Source: a virus
Taxonomy: Duplodnaviria > Caudoviricetes
Reading direction: 5' to 3' (one strand)
Length of the DNA stretch: 51,915 bases
Virus record (IMG/VR): IMGVR_UViG_3300006916_000006
Span: 1-51,915 of that record
Positions 28,134 through 37,982 of the stretch are shown piece by piece (the stretch's first letter is position 1; each line of letters starts with the position of its first letter). The position numbers and the translations under genes are program-made. The notes under the pieces were generated by a model, which worked only from the letters and a program-made list of their open reading frames with translations, ran no database searches and was not told the origin of the DNA.

Positions 28134-31100
28134 TAGACAGGGGTACTCCGCAAGGCAACATTGCTCATTGAGCGGCCAAGTTCATCAACACGCTGCCCCA
28201 GACGCTCTAACTGTGAACCCAGATACTCTGTTTCTTTAGCGGATTGCTGACGGTACGCCGCAAATTCTTTCGCCATCTGTTCTGCGCCGTATAGGAACTC
28301 TGTGTTGCCAGAAGTAACAATCTGGGCAGGTGAGCCGAAGTTGACTAATTCAGGGCCGCGCTCGCCCACCATGGCCAAACCGCCGCCGTAACGTGAGTTA
28401 CCTGTACCTGAAGCAAACCCAAACAGGGCGCGTTGGTCAGCAAGGATGGAAGCCACATCTGCTTGGTCGCCTAATACGTTTTGGAGGTTGGCCAGATAAT
28501 TAAGTCCTGCTTCGGGATTCTGCTTTACGAAATCCGCAAACGTACCCTGCGCGGTAGAGAAGTTGAACGCACCAAGAGAAGACTGCACTTTGAGACTACG
28601 GTCAGTGCGGAGCGACAAACCAGACACTTTACTTAGTTGGTCAAGCACACTGTCATTCTCGCCAGGGCGCAGGATTTGTGCGAGGGAGACAGGAGTGCCG
28701 AGACCAGTGCTTGAGAAGGACGCACCGGTAGCGTCAATCAACTGTTGCAGCAAATCATTGGTGGTGAACTGCTCACGAAGCATTTGCTCTTCCACAGACA
28801 CACTACTACGGGCGAGGTCATCCGCTTTATTGAGAAGTTGGAATACATCTTCAAGGCGGGACAGGTATTGCTCCGTAGGCCCGAAGTAATCCAGAGATGC
28901 GTTGAGGTAATCCTGTGTTGTGGACTGCAAATCATCCAGTGCAGAGATGTCACCGGAAGCAATACGGTTTGATAACCTGTCAAAGATGTTTTGTGCCTCA
29001 TTAGCGCGGCCAAGGCGGTTCAGACCACCTAGCTGGGGGTTAAGCAGCAGTGAGTCACGGATGGCCTGTATGTCGAGCAGATAGTCTTTCAGGCGGTCAC
29101 GCAGTCCTTCAATGGCTGTTTCCTGCTCGCCGAGGATGTCTTCAAGGATTTCTTTACGGCGCAGACCATAGAACTCTTCCACCAAGGCGAGGTTGCCACC
29201 AATGTCGATGGCTTCACGCAGTATAGGGGCAATCTCACTCTGCAAACCTTGCAGTTGGAACGCAGTTGGGTTGCTGATGGATAGGATGCGGTTGGAGATG
29301 TTTTGGTTAAAGCCACCACGCAGGCGGTTAAACTGTAAATCCCGCGCCTGAGCAATTTTCTCTTCCTCCAGACGCAGGCCTTTAGCTTTCTCAATATACT
29401 CATTGGCCTGTGCGTTGAGTTCGGAGATAGCTGCACCCATGCTGGAAATGACAGGGTTGACGAAAGTGAGATTGTCTATGAGAGATGCGAATTGTAAATC
29501 ACCTAAAACTTCCTCAAACGTGCGGCCTTCCGTGTTGATATTCTCAAGTGCCGTTGTCAGATTTTTACCAGTGACATTGCCAAGTTTCGCCAACTCTAAT
29601 GTGAGGCGAGCAAGTCCTTCGTTAACCTGCTTTTCATCCGTTGGGTCAAACTCAATACTACTGAGAATGTCTGGTGAACCAACGCGACCAATGTCAAAGA
29701 AACCTCTGTCATTGTTGCGACCGCCAAAGATAGACAGGCCGCTTATTCCAAGTCCCTGAACAGCGTTGAGTGATTGCGTGATGGTACCAAGTCCTTGCGC
29801 CAGACCGTCTGCGAACTCAGTGCCGATGGTTTTCCCCGCAGTGCGCGTTTCTGTCAGGCCGTTTGAACCTGTTTCAGCATAAAGCTGACTTATTTGAGAC
29901 GGTGCGCCGCCACCGAAAAGACCGCCGAGAGCGTTTCCAGCAAACGAACCGAGGGCAGCGCCGATTGGCCCACCGATTCCAGGGAGCAAGATGTTACCAA
30001 TAACCGCCCCACCTATGCCTCCCGCAGTACCTCCAATAGATGCACCGATGCCTCTGTCTGAGCCAAACAGCGCGTTCGCGCCTAAGTTACCCGCGAACCC
30101 GCCAAGGGCGCTACCAGGGGTAAACGCGCCTTGAATATTAGAAGCTGTTGCAAAACCCCCTAAAGGAACGCCTCCAGAACCTAAACTCAGAAGTCCTTTC
30201 CCAACCAGACTTGCGGCTCCCGCCGTTGGTCGGAGAAGAGAAGAAAAAGAACTACTGCCACCAGAACTGCCGCCGAGCTGACCAGTAATTTTATCTATGC
30301 CGCTTTGCCCAACGCCGAGGAAGCCGCCAACACCTTGCACAATAGGTACAATGACAGGTTTTGCGATTGCCAAGGTCGCCATCTGGGCAAGTAAATCAAT
30401 GAACAAATCCTTGATGCGGTCAACAAAACCTTTGAACCCACTGACACCATCACGGAAAATGTCTTTGAATGTATCTGTAAATGCGTCGTTGATGTTATCC
30501 GCAGCACGTTCAAAGATACGGGCAACCTCATCTGCACCCTTCTCTTGGTCTTTGATGTATTTATCCAACGCATCCTGACTTGCACGAGCAAACGCTTCAT
30601 CAACCTCGGTGGTTAGTTTACCGGCGGAAAGCGCGCGTTGACGCAGGGCTTCTAACTCTTCCAGTCGAATTTGATACTCTTCCAGTGGGGTGCGTGTACG
30701 GCTGACCAAATCCCGAAGCGATTTGGCCAAATCATCTACATCACCGGCAACGCCACCGCCACCTGTTTCCCCCGGTTTCTTCCCTGTGATTGGGTTGAGG
30801 CCGAGAGAGTTCTTTATTGCTTCAAAATTCCGCGTGTATTCGTCTTGGACTTTCTGCAAATTTTCATACGCACCAGAAACCCTGTCCAAAGCATGGGCTT
30901 CTGCGATGTTTTGGGCGCGAGCAACATCATTGGGAGACCCTGGGCGCAATAAATCTGAAGAAACTGCGAGTTCCGGCACAAGCCCTTCTCGGATTCTGGC
31001 AAGATTTTGCTCGGCTTTTTCAAGTTCAACGATGGCCTTACCAACAGCTTCTATCCCCGCGATGCGCTCAAAGTCCTTGAGCAGTGCCTCTTCTTGCGCG

Positions 31101-32410
31101 GCAGTTACCCCCTCAACGCTTGATTTTAGCCGATTATACTGGGCTACCGCTTTGTCCAGAGACTTGTTGAATTTCTCTTGGGATTCCACCCCCGTATTCA
31201 ATCCGTCGATGAATTGGTCAAGAACATACACAATGCCGCCAATCGCAGCGGCGTAGCCTATGAACAGTGGGTTTCGCAGTAGGGTTAGGAGTGCGCCGTT
31301 CAACCTAAGCGTGGAGGCCGTACAGGTGTTGGCGGTGAAAGCATATACGGACAAAACCCCATTTATGCGTGTCAGCCCAACACCGAGCGCGCCGACCCAT
31401 TTCAACGCAGATATTAACGCCGGTACAAACCTCAAGGCCAGTATTGCGCCGCCGGTAAGGGCTATTTGCAAGAACACATCCAAATTGTCAGCAAGGGCAG
31501 AAACCACCCCAGCCAGTTTTGATGATGCACCGGTGGCTTGGGAAATACCTCCCACATATACCGTTATCGCGTTGCCGAGTTTCTGGAACGCGCCGCCGAG
31601 CGTCACTACTGCGGTCGAGAAATCTTGGTTAATCTCAGATTTCATTGCCTCTAATGCTTTTATGAATCGCTCAAATGTGATGCCGCCGGTTTCTGCGAAC
31701 TTTTTGAGGCTATCAAACTCAAACCCTAATTTCTTCAAACCTTTCTCAAGATTTGTAGCGATGGGGGTGGCTTGTTCCAGAATGGAGTTGAGTTCCTGCC
31801 CAGACAATCTGTTTGCCGCCAAACCCTGCGATAGCTGAAACAACGCTGCTTCGGTGGACTGAGCGTTGCCGCCAAGTGTTGCTGTTGCTTTTGCCACGAG
31901 TTCAGTGACGCTCAGAACTTGCTTCTGGGATATGTTGTATTGACTGGCGTTCCTCGCCAGACGACTGAACAAAGTCACATTTGCCTGAAGACTTGTGCGC
32001 GTATCCTGTGATATTTTGAAGAGCTGTGCCTGAGCCAGATTGAGTTCATCAATGCCATTTGTAACCAGTCTGAGTCGGTTCTGTAATTGCTGTAACTGGT
32101 CGCCAGCGCGTACCAGAGTTGTGATAGCTGCACCTGCGGCAGCGACAGCGGCAACCACACCTAACATTGAGCGTTCTGCGCCCTTAGACACTGAGTTCAA
32201 GGTTTCAAAACGTGCAGCGACACCGCCAAGTGGGCCGTCGACTAATCGGACAGCTTTTTGTAATGCAAAAAATGCTTCAGAATTTTTATCGACAGATTGC
32301 TTTGTTTGCTTGGCACTGCGCCGGATGTTTTCCGTTGACCGCCGGAACTGTTGCTCCCCAAGAACAACGCCTTTGGTATCAAGGGCTATCTGAACGGTTA
32401 TGTCGGCCAT
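28133..32410 (-). CDS. tape measure protein
   Basis: 1425 aa, helical; tape-measure domain (LQNRLRLVT..ALFQLSQGLA..LSGQELNSILEQ); C-terminal FASG..MVGERGPELV. Confidence 0.95.
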   Translation of the reverse strand: MADITVQIALDTKGVVLGEQQFRRSTENIRRSAKQTKQSVDKNSEAFFALQKAVRLVDGPLGGVAARFETLNSVSKGAERSMLGVVAAVAAAGAAITTLVRAGDQLQQLQNRLRLVTNGIDELNLAQAQLFKISQDTRTSLQANVTLFSRLARNASQYNISQKQVLSVTELVAKATATLGGNAQSTEAALFQLSQGLAANRLSGQELNSILEQATPIATNLEKGLKKLGFEFDSLKKFAETGGITFERFIKALEAMKSEINQDFSTAVVTLGGAFQKLGNAITVYVGGISQATGASSKLAGVVSALADNLDVFLQIALTGGAILALRFVPALISALKWVGALGVGLTRINGVLSVYAFTANTCTASTLRLNGALLTLLRNPLFIGYAAAIGGIVYVLDQFIDGLNTGVESQEKFNKSLDKAVAQYNRLKSSVEGVTAAQEEALLKDFERIAGIEAVGKAIVELEKAEQNLARIREGLVPELAVSSDLLRPGSPNDVARAQNIAEAHALDRVSGAYENLQKVQDEYTRNFEAIKNSLGLNPITGKKPGETGGGGVAGDVDDLAKSLRDLVSRTRTPLEEYQIRLEELEALRQRALSAGKLTTEVDEAFARASQDALDKYIKDQEKGADEVARIFERAADNINDAFTDTFKDIFRDGVSGFKGFVDRIKDLFIDLLAQMATLAIAKPVIVPIVQGVGGFLGVGQSGIDKITGQLGGSSGGSSSFSSLLRPTAGAASLVGKGLLSLGSGGVPLGGFATASNIQGAFTPGSALGGFAGNLGANALFGSDRGIGASIGGTAGGIGGAVIGNILLPGIGGPIGAALGSFAGNALGGLFGGGAPSQISQLYAETGSNGLTETRTAGKTIGTEFADGLAQGLGTITQSLNAVQGLGISGLSIFGGRNNDRGFFDIGRVGSPDILSSIEFDPTDEKQVNEGLARLTLELAKLGNVTGKNLTTALENINTEGRTFEEVLGDLQFASLIDNLTFVNPVISSMGAAISELNAQANEYIEKAKGLRLEEEKIAQARDLQFNRLRGGFNQNISNRILSISNPTAFQLQGLQSEIAPILREAIDIGGNLALVEEFYGLRRKEILEDILGEQETAIEGLRDRLKDYLLDIQAIRDSLLLNPQLGGLNRLGRANEAQNIFDRLSNRIASGDISALDDLQSTTQDYLNASLDYFGPTEQYLSRLEDVFQLLNKADDLARSSVSVEEQMLREQFTTNDLLQQLIDATGASFSSTGLGTPVSLAQILRPGENDSVLDQLSKVSGLSLRTDRSLKVQSSLGAFNFSTAQGTFADFVKQNPEAGLNYLANLQNVLGDQADVASILADQRALFGFASGTGNSRYGGGLAMVGERGPELVNFGSPAQIVTSGNTEFLYGAEQMAKEFAAYRQQSAKETEYLGSQLERLGQRVDELGRSMSNVALRSTPV

Positions 32411-32729
32411 TGACTATCCTGCTTTCCCGCTTTTCAGGGGTTTGTTGCTCTTTCTCAAGTCTCTTGTGCTGATGCTCTAGGTAGGTGTTGTCCATAGAGA
32501 ATATCAACTCAACAAACTCGTCTATGTTTGTTGTACCATAAATTTCAGTATATGTCTTGATACCCTCTAATGTCAAAGGCATGGGTGTGCCGGACATCCC
32601 AGCATACTGCCGTGGCCGGTTAATGAGCCAGAAGGCTTGCCAGAACTCCACAAGCCATGACGGCAGTTCTGGGCGCACTGGAACAGGGACGGGCAAACCT
32701 TTCGCCCGTCGCTTTTCAATCAGTTCCAT
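32379..32729 (-). CDS. tail assembly chaperone, post-frameshift (T) segment
   Basis: WQAFWLINRPRQYAGMSGTPMPL..FVELIFSMDNTYL; in the -1 frame of the upstream chaperone. Confidence 0.8.
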   Translation of the reverse strand: MELIEKRRAKGLPVPVPVRPELPSWLVEFWQAFWLINRPRQYAGMSGTPMPLTLEGIKTYTEIYGTTNIDEFVELIFSMDNTYLEHQHKRLEKEQQTPEKRESRIVNGRHNRSDSP

Positions 32730-32779
32730 GTGTTCAGGATGGACATTCCCCCACTGAAGATGCCAGTGCAGGGATTCAG

Positions 32780-33211
32780 TTAGTTTTTTATGTCTTCAAC
32801 CCTTGCGTCAGCGTCGAAGTTGGCGAGGTCTTGGGCTAGTTCAAACGCCTCACTGAACAAAGCGTTCCATGATTCATCTGCGGGGTCAACACCTGCGATG
32901 GTTGTTAAGTTCTCAAAACTGTACGGGACTTTCTTGCCGTCTTTGTCTTTAACTGCCCAGTCTACCCACAATTCTTTGGCAATGAGCGTATGCAGTTTAC
33001 GGTTCAACTCTTTACGCAGGGGTTCATTCTCAACAGCGTTTTTGCCTTTAGCCTTAATCTCTTTTTCAATCTTAGCTGCTTTCAAAACGAAAGGTTTGTA
33101 AGTCGCAGCGCGGGTTTTGATTTCAGTTCCATCCGACAATTCAACCCATGCGCCTTCATACTCAGCTTCAAGGTTACGTTTCAGACCTGCGCCGAAGTTG
33201 ACTTCTGACAT
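32780..33211 (-). CDS. tail assembly chaperone (G)
   Basis: Between tail tube and TMP; EYEGAWV..LWVDW..VPYS..KN end. Confidence 0.85.
   Translation of the reverse strand: MSEVNFGAGLKRNLEAEYEGAWVELSDGTEIKTRAATYKPFVLKAAKIEKEIKAKGKNAVENEPLRKELNRKLHTLIAKELWVDWAVKDKDGKKVPYSFENLTTIAGVDPADESWNALFSEAFELAQDLANFDADARVEDIKN
32783..32789 (-). other. -1 programmed ribosomal frameshift site A-AAA-AAC
   Basis: X-XXY-YYZ heptamer just before the chaperone stop; the -1 frame is open into 32379..32729. Confidence 0.8.
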
Positions 33212-33217
33212 AAATAA

Positions 33218-33273
33218 TCTCCTGTGGTTTTATGTTACCACAGGAGACTACTATAAAGAAGTTATTTCGTCAA
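33218..33273 (-). promoter_or_regulatory. internal promoter, operator and RBS-sequestering hairpin
   Basis: TTGACG-N17-TAGTCT; operator at 33258-33268; 11-bp inverted repeat 33218-33228/33237-33247 containing AGGAG. Confidence 0.6.
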
Positions 33274-33278
33274 TAAGA

Positions 33279-34433
33279 CTAGGTGTACTTGGTCACTGAT
33301 GCCGTTGCAACCTGTGTTGGGTCGAGAACCGCAGTAAAGGACATCGCGTCCTGAAGATCAGAGTTGACCCCTTGGTTGTTGTTACTTCCATCTGTGATAT
33401 AGACTTGAGGGAAATCCCACACATATCCATCACCGTTGCTGTCTTCCGTTACAATTGCGAGATCAATAGCCGTGAAGTTACGTTTGAAGTCATCAAAGGT
33501 CTTATCTTCTTTGAACACTGTGAAGTTGCCACTCACGCCGATGGAACGTTGGTTCACTGCGATGTTTGTCAGACTGCCAATCGCACGCAGGGCTTCCGCG
33601 TTTGTGGTGATGGAGAAGTCCAAAGACGCAAAGTCTGCTGTGGATAGCGCGCCGTTCACATAGATGGCTTTGATGTCATTCACCGTATTCATGCTCGGTG
33701 AGGTAGAAGCCGCAGTGTGTGAGCCAGAGAAGCCACTGGACGTTGCATACACACCGTTACGACCAATCAGGCTCAGAGAGCCTCCAGCCAAGTCAGACGT
33801 ATTGAAGTTCAAGTTCAACGTGTTCACCTTCATACCTGTGAACAGTTGATACTGAGTGATGTCAGCCAAAACACGTTCAAACGTGAACGATTTTTCCGTC
33901 GTAGCGTTTTCGAGGTACTGGCCTTTCAGTGTGATGGATTCACCGGCTGTTTCATCCGTCACTGTGCCGTGAGACAGAATCAGTTTTGATGTGCTGGACT
34001 TTGTGGCAACTTTGAACCAGCCGTCGTTTGTGCCACTGGTTGTGCCAGAAATTTTCAACCACTGACCTTCCTGCACATCACCAAAACCTGCACCTGAGTC
34101 ATTCACCGAGTTATCAGAGTTGGCAAAGCTGATGGTTGTAGCCGTGTCTGTGTAGGACGTGGCATAAGTGCCACGCAGTACAGCCTCAAGGAATGGGTCG
34201 AGTTCCGCGTACTGCAATTCTACACCAATGTCGCCGGTTACGGTCAGACCAGTACGAATTGTACCCGCAATGTTGGTGTCAGAACGAACAATGTTTGAGT
34301 TTGTTGTCTCGTTGGATACGTTCAGGGAGTTATTGGTGAAGTTGAGATACGTTGCCGCACCAGCGGGGTTCGTGCCTTCCGTGACTTCTACTTTATAGAG
34401 CAGTGACTCTCTGTTTGCTGATGCGATGGCCAT
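33279..34433 (-). CDS. major tail tube protein
   Basis: 384 aa, Phage_tube_2-like (GDIGVEL..LDPFLEAVLRG; SFTFER; FTGMKVN; YVWDFP). Confidence 0.88.
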   Translation of the reverse strand: MAIASANRESLLYKVEVTEGTNPAGAATYLNFTNNSLNVSNETTNSNIVRSDTNIAGTIRTGLTVTGDIGVELQYAELDPFLEAVLRGTYATSYTDTATTISFANSDNSVNDSGAGFGDVQEGQWLKISGTTSGTNDGWFKVATKSSTSKLILSHGTVTDETAGESITLKGQYLENATTEKSFTFERVLADITQYQLFTGMKVNTLNLNFNTSDLAGGSLSLIGRNGVYATSSGFSGSHTAASTSPSMNTVNDIKAIYVNGALSTADFASLDFSITTNAEALRAIGSLTNIAVNQRSIGVSGNFTVFKEDKTFDDFKRNFTAIDLAIVTEDSNGDGYVWDFPQVYITDGSNNNQGVNSDLQDAMSFTAVLDPTQVATASVTKYT

Positions 34434-34615
34434 TACTCATCTCCCTTCGTTGTTTTGGTGAGTTTCTTGGGTTTAGGTGGGTTGAAAACCTCAACGGACT
34501 TCTCTTCGAGCAACTTAGCCGCTTGTTCTTCAGGCAGGTCGACGATCTTGCCTGTTTTACAAAAACCAATATCACGAAGAAATTTCACTTTCATAATCAA
34601 CCTCTTATAAGACAC
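34433..34615 (-). CDS. small virion-associated protein
   Basis: MKVKFL..GKIVDLPEEQAAKLLE pattern; coupled to the tail tube gene. Confidence 0.6.
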   Translation of the reverse strand: MSYKRLIMKVKFLRDIGFCKTGKIVDLPEEQAAKLLEEKSVEVFNPPKPKKLTKTTKGDE

Positions 34616-35036
34616 TTACATGAATATCATATCGGAACGGAATCAGCAAGGGAGTGAGCCAGAACTCACCCCTGGCATATTCAACTTGCTCAGATGCAAT
34701 AATGCGGGGGTCATAGCAATCAATGCTCTCAAACGTCTTTCCACGATAGATTTCAGCAAGTTGCCCCGCGTATGTTAGCCCTGTACCGATGCCGCCGTTC
34801 TGAGGGGTCATAATACGCAACTCATAAAACCCAAACACTTCCACCAGCGGATTATTGCCATTGATGGTGCGGAAAGGGGAACCTTGATAGTCCACGCGGT
34901 AATGCACAAAGCCGGAATCAAGGTTTTTACCATAGTCAGATTGGTTACTGGTGACAACAGGCAGCGTTGACCAATTCGCGGTAAGGCGTTTCAGCCCATG
35001 TTCTGCAACGTGATGATAAATATCTGCATCAGCCAT
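34605..35036 (-). CDS. tail terminator protein
   Basis: Position; TPQNGGIGTG..AGQLAEIYRG..WLTPLLIPFRYD. Confidence 0.75.
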   Translation of the reverse strand: MADADIYHHVAEHGLKRLTANWSTLPVVTSNQSDYGKNLDSGFVHYRVDYQGSPFRTINGNNPLVEVFGFYELRIMTPQNGGIGTGLTYAGQLAEIYRGKTFESIDCYDPRIIASEQVEYARGEFWLTPLLIPFRYDIHVSVL

Positions 35037-35038
35037 GG

Positions 35039-35581
35039 CTAAAATCCACCAGTCTTGAGCGTTCGGGGGATGGCCTTTGCCACAATCACGTTAAGTTCTG
35101 CCCGTAAACGATTTGCCGAGGGCTTAGTAACCCCTTGCGGCGCAGTTCGAGTACCCAGACGGTTTATGTCACCCGCGTTGAACCGATTGATTGACCCTGT
35201 GCCATCCGGCTCATAGGTTACGCTGTTGCTTATATACAAGGTATCTCCAAGTTTCATACTCAAAGAAACCCCTTTGTTTCGCCCCAAAAACGATGAAGGG
35301 CGACGGTTAATAGGGAACGGTTCTTCCAGTCGTTCGGCATTAAATGAATAATATGCAGACTTAGGCTGTTGGGAAGTATCTGGCGAACCCACTGCTGCAC
35401 GCCAACTGTCTATGAAACGCCCTGTCCAAACCGGCGAACCTCCATCGCTCACAGTACCGGTCACAGGGTTGTGAGTGATGTCTATGATTCCTTCTGCCAC
35501 CCCGTGAACCACAGACAGCATGATTTCCTCAACGGCATCACGAACTTTGTTTATCTGAGCATCAAGATTGATTGTAACCAC
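35039..35581 (-). CDS. neck / tail completion protein (HK97 gp10-like)
   Basis: SPVWTGRFIDSW, LYISNSVTY, APQGV. Confidence 0.75.
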   Translation of the reverse strand: MVTINLDAQINKVRDAVEEIMLSVVHGVAEGIIDITHNPVTGTVSDGGSPVWTGRFIDSWRAAVGSPDTSQQPKSAYYSFNAERLEEPFPINRRPSSFLGRNKGVSLSMKLGDTLYISNSVTYEPDGTGSINRFNAGDINRLGTRTAPQGVTKPSANRLRAELNVIVAKAIPRTLKTGGF

Positions 35582-35583
35582 AC

Positions 35584-35940
35584 CTAATGCCCCCCTCGCA
35601 CTGTCAGGATGTAGAGCGCGTCTTCCCCAAAGGCAGTGCGCCTATCAACACTGACGACTTTGTAAGTGTCGCCTCCCAGCAAAACAATATCGTTTTCGTC
35701 AGGTACAAAGCTCACGGCATCGGCGGCAATCCGCACTTCACGGTCGCCGTCTCGCACAAGCCCCGATATTTCTTTTGCAGTGTAGCGACGCGCGTGTGCT
35801 TTTATTGTTGAATTTGTGTACGTGGGGGTGTTTGCCAAGGTTGTTTCGTTGAAAGACACGCTGGATAGCCGCCGATAGGTCACTGTTTCCCCGTGAGATT
35901 GCAGAACAGCGTCGATGCGCTCTGGTATGTTCAGAGTCAT
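35584..35940 (-). CDS. head closure / head-tail joining protein
   Basis: Position; GETVTYRR..GLVRDGD..YILTVR. Confidence 0.75.
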   Translation of the reverse strand: MTLNIPERIDAVLQSHGETVTYRRLSSVSFNETTLANTPTYTNSTIKAHARRYTAKEISGLVRDGDREVRIAADAVSFVPDENDIVLLGGDTYKVVSVDRRTAFGEDALYILTVRGGH

Positions 35941-36560
35941 GCGCGGCGCTCGCGGTAGGGTTCGAGTAGTAATGCCGCCGATGCGGGGATGCCTAACGCG
36001 CCACCAGAACCTTGTGTGTTACCATAACGCACTGAATAGACTTGTGGCACTGTCTCAGAAGCAATCGCAGAGTCGCGCTGACGGCCATAATAGAAAGATT
36101 TAACAATCTCAATACAGGCTTGCTCAATTTCCGCAGGTAATGTGGGTGTACCTGAACCAAAGCTGTGCAGGACATAGCCATAAGTGTAGTCAATGGAGTA
36201 ATCAAACTCTCGCTCAGTGTTTGTCCAGTTTGTGACCTTGCGGATGATTCCGGCTTTATCATCTTCGAGGAAATAATCTGACGCAGCAACCGCAGTGCCT
36301 TCGTATGAAACGCTGTGCAAGGTTGTGACGGGGTAGCGTGAAGTCATCAGAATTTCTGAACCATCGCTCGCTAATGTCTCTGTGACTCGCTGCTGAGCAA
36401 ACTCACGCTGGCAGTAAGACACAATCAATGCACTGGCACGTTCAATAAAACGGCCAATAATTGTATCATAAGTGGACACGTCAATACCTAAGTCATCTTT
36501 GACTCTGGCAGTCGTTGTTAAGTCAGTCGATGCTGCTGCGGAAGTAACGGTTATGGCCAT
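35937..36560 (-). CDS. head-tail connector (adaptor) protein
   Basis: LTTTARVKDDLGI..AS..YCQREF..YTYGY..LPAEIEQAC..LLEPYR. Confidence 0.88.
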   Translation of the reverse strand: MAITVTSAAASTDLTTTARVKDDLGIDVSTYDTIIGRFIERASALIVSYCQREFAQQRVTETLASDGSEILMTSRYPVTTLHSVSYEGTAVAASDYFLEDDKAGIIRKVTNWTNTEREFDYSIDYTYGYVLHSFGSGTPTLPAEIEQACIEIVKSFYYGRQRDSAIASETVPQVYSVRYGNTQGSGGALGIPASAALLLEPYRERRA

Positions 36561-36608
36561 AGCGGTGAGTTTAGCACAGATTTTTTATTCTCGCCAACTA
36601 TGTGCAAT

Positions 36609-36643
36609 TAGTGCTTGCATAGATGAAATTGTTTCGTTATACT
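36609..36643 (+). promoter_or_regulatory. sigma70-like promoter with operator driving the + strand island
   Basis: TTGCAT-N17-TATACT; 33 bp identical to 20647-20679. Confidence 0.85.
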
Positions 36644-36789
36644 GGAGGGGCAACAGGAACAAGGAGATTTAACAATTTATGACGGGAGGAGCGGCGCGCA
36701 AAAATATAGGGCGGGGCGCAAATTATGGCAGGTGAGCGAGGGTAATTGACTACGCCACCTGCCACCAACATTAACAAAGTGAGGATGAG

Positions 36790-36939
36790 ATGGAAGAAAA
36801 AGTAAAAATAAACTGGGACGTTATTAGGGCTAAAATGGCCGTTAATTTCTTTCAGGCTGGCGCTGCATTTTTGGGTGTGGTTGCGACTGCGGCGGCGACG
36901 GTGCTGTTCATAAAAGTAATTATGGTACTTTCATCATGA
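36790..36939 (+). CDS. small membrane protein (49 aa, not in ORF track)
   Basis: GAGG RBS; ..FFQAGAAFLGVVATAAATVLFIKVIMV; ATGA overlap with the next gene. Confidence 0.6.
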   Translation: MEEKVKINWDVIRAKMAVNFFQAGAAFLGVVATAAATVLFIKVIMVLSS

Positions 36940-37253
36940 CCAGTAACATATCAAAAGAGGCGATTGCTGAGACGTTGCGGTTTGGCGATGAGTTAGAAAA
37001 ACGTAATAAACAGATGATAATGCAAGCGCGCCGTGTTGGCAGGAATGATGCAATGGGAGCGCTGCTAGCAACTCGTCAAGTCCGAGAGCTTGCGGCAGAG
37101 CTGGAAAAGAAGGATGCGCTGGTGGATGAGATTGAGAGGATATGCGCCCAGCAAGACTTCAATGACAAGATGAACCGCGTTATTGCTAACGGACTAAGTC
37201 CAACAATCTCGGAGACGGTGCTACAAGAAATCAAAGAAGCGAGGGGTAAGTGA
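36936..37253 (+). CDS. hypothetical coiled-coil protein
   Basis: 105-aa ORF in the island. Confidence 0.7.
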   Translation: MTSNISKEAIAETLRFGDELEKRNKQMIMQARRVGRNDAMGALLATRQVRELAAELEKKDALVDEIERICAQQDFNDKMNRVIANGLSPTISETVLQEIKEARGK

Positions 37254-37324
37254 TGTGTAAAAATATGACAATAATCTTTGCACGTTTTTAGAATATGTAA
37301 AAAAAAAAACAGGAAAATTTTAAC

Positions 37325-37708
37325 ATGAACAACATTGAAAAACTGATTGAGAATGGTGGCTGGCGGCCTATTAAGGAAATATCTAGGTATCATGGAAGGG
37401 GAAGATTAATGATGGCGATTCGCCTTTTTTCAGGTGAGCAATCTTATGCACTTTTGGAACACGATGCGCTTCTTGGGCATGTCGTTCACTGGATGAGCAA
37501 TTCAGTTATTAGTGTAAGTTCTATTGATGTAACCCACTTCATGCCGCTTGATACCGCAGAGCGCATGGCGAAGGTGATTGAGGTGTTAATGATGCGCTTA
37601 GCACAGATTGCCAGCGGTGATTACAAAGCTTGTGGCGCAACGGCGGAGGAAGTGGCTGCATCTGCGTTGTTAGAGGTAGAAAGGATGATGGGGGTAAGTA
37701 ATGCGTAA
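37325..37708 (+). CDS. hypothetical protein
   Basis: 127 aa; WRPI..VTHFMPL pattern (DUF551-like). Confidence 0.7.
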   Translation: MNNIEKLIENGGWRPIKEISRYHGRGRLMMAIRLFSGEQSYALLEHDALLGHVVHWMSNSVISVSSIDVTHFMPLDTAERMAKVIEVLMMRLAQIASGDYKACGATAEEVAASALLEVERMMGVSNA

Positions 37709-37805
37709 ATCAACCTACCGCCTGTTACAATGCCTCGGCCAGCTTGTGTTTTGGGGTGCTTTTTTGGGCGTTGTTATGCTCGGTATTATAGGATTAGGCT
37801 TATGA
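37701..37805 (+). CDS. 34-aa membrane peptide (not in ORF track)
   Basis: MRKSTYRLLQCLGQLVFWGAFLGVVMLGIIGLGL; overlaps both neighbours. Confidence 0.5.
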   Translation: MRKSTYRLLQCLGQLVFWGAFLGVVMLGIIGLGL

Positions 37806-37981
37806 TGTTTGCCTTAATATGCTTTACGTTTAGTTGCGTTGAGCCGGATAAGATACGGGCTTTAGAGCCTATCATTGTGGATAACCGGGAGGAGTGCCGG
37901 ATTCACATTGATGGTGAACTTGCCGACTATTCAGAAAGAAATTGTGACGCTGTGTTGGAACAGCTTAAATTAAGGGGGTGA
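37802..37981 (+). CDS. small hypothetical protein
   Basis: Likely start at the ATGA overlap; MMFALICFTFSCVEP... Confidence 0.5.
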   Translation: MMFALICFTFSCVEPDKIRALEPIIVDNREECRIHIDGELADYSERNCDAVLEQLKLRG

Positions 37982-37982
37982 C

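Noticed and set aside
36679-36735. 18-codon leader peptide in the island leader
   Set aside because: The AAGGAG-to-ATG spacing is long (about 12 nt) and there is no informative codon run; not enough support.
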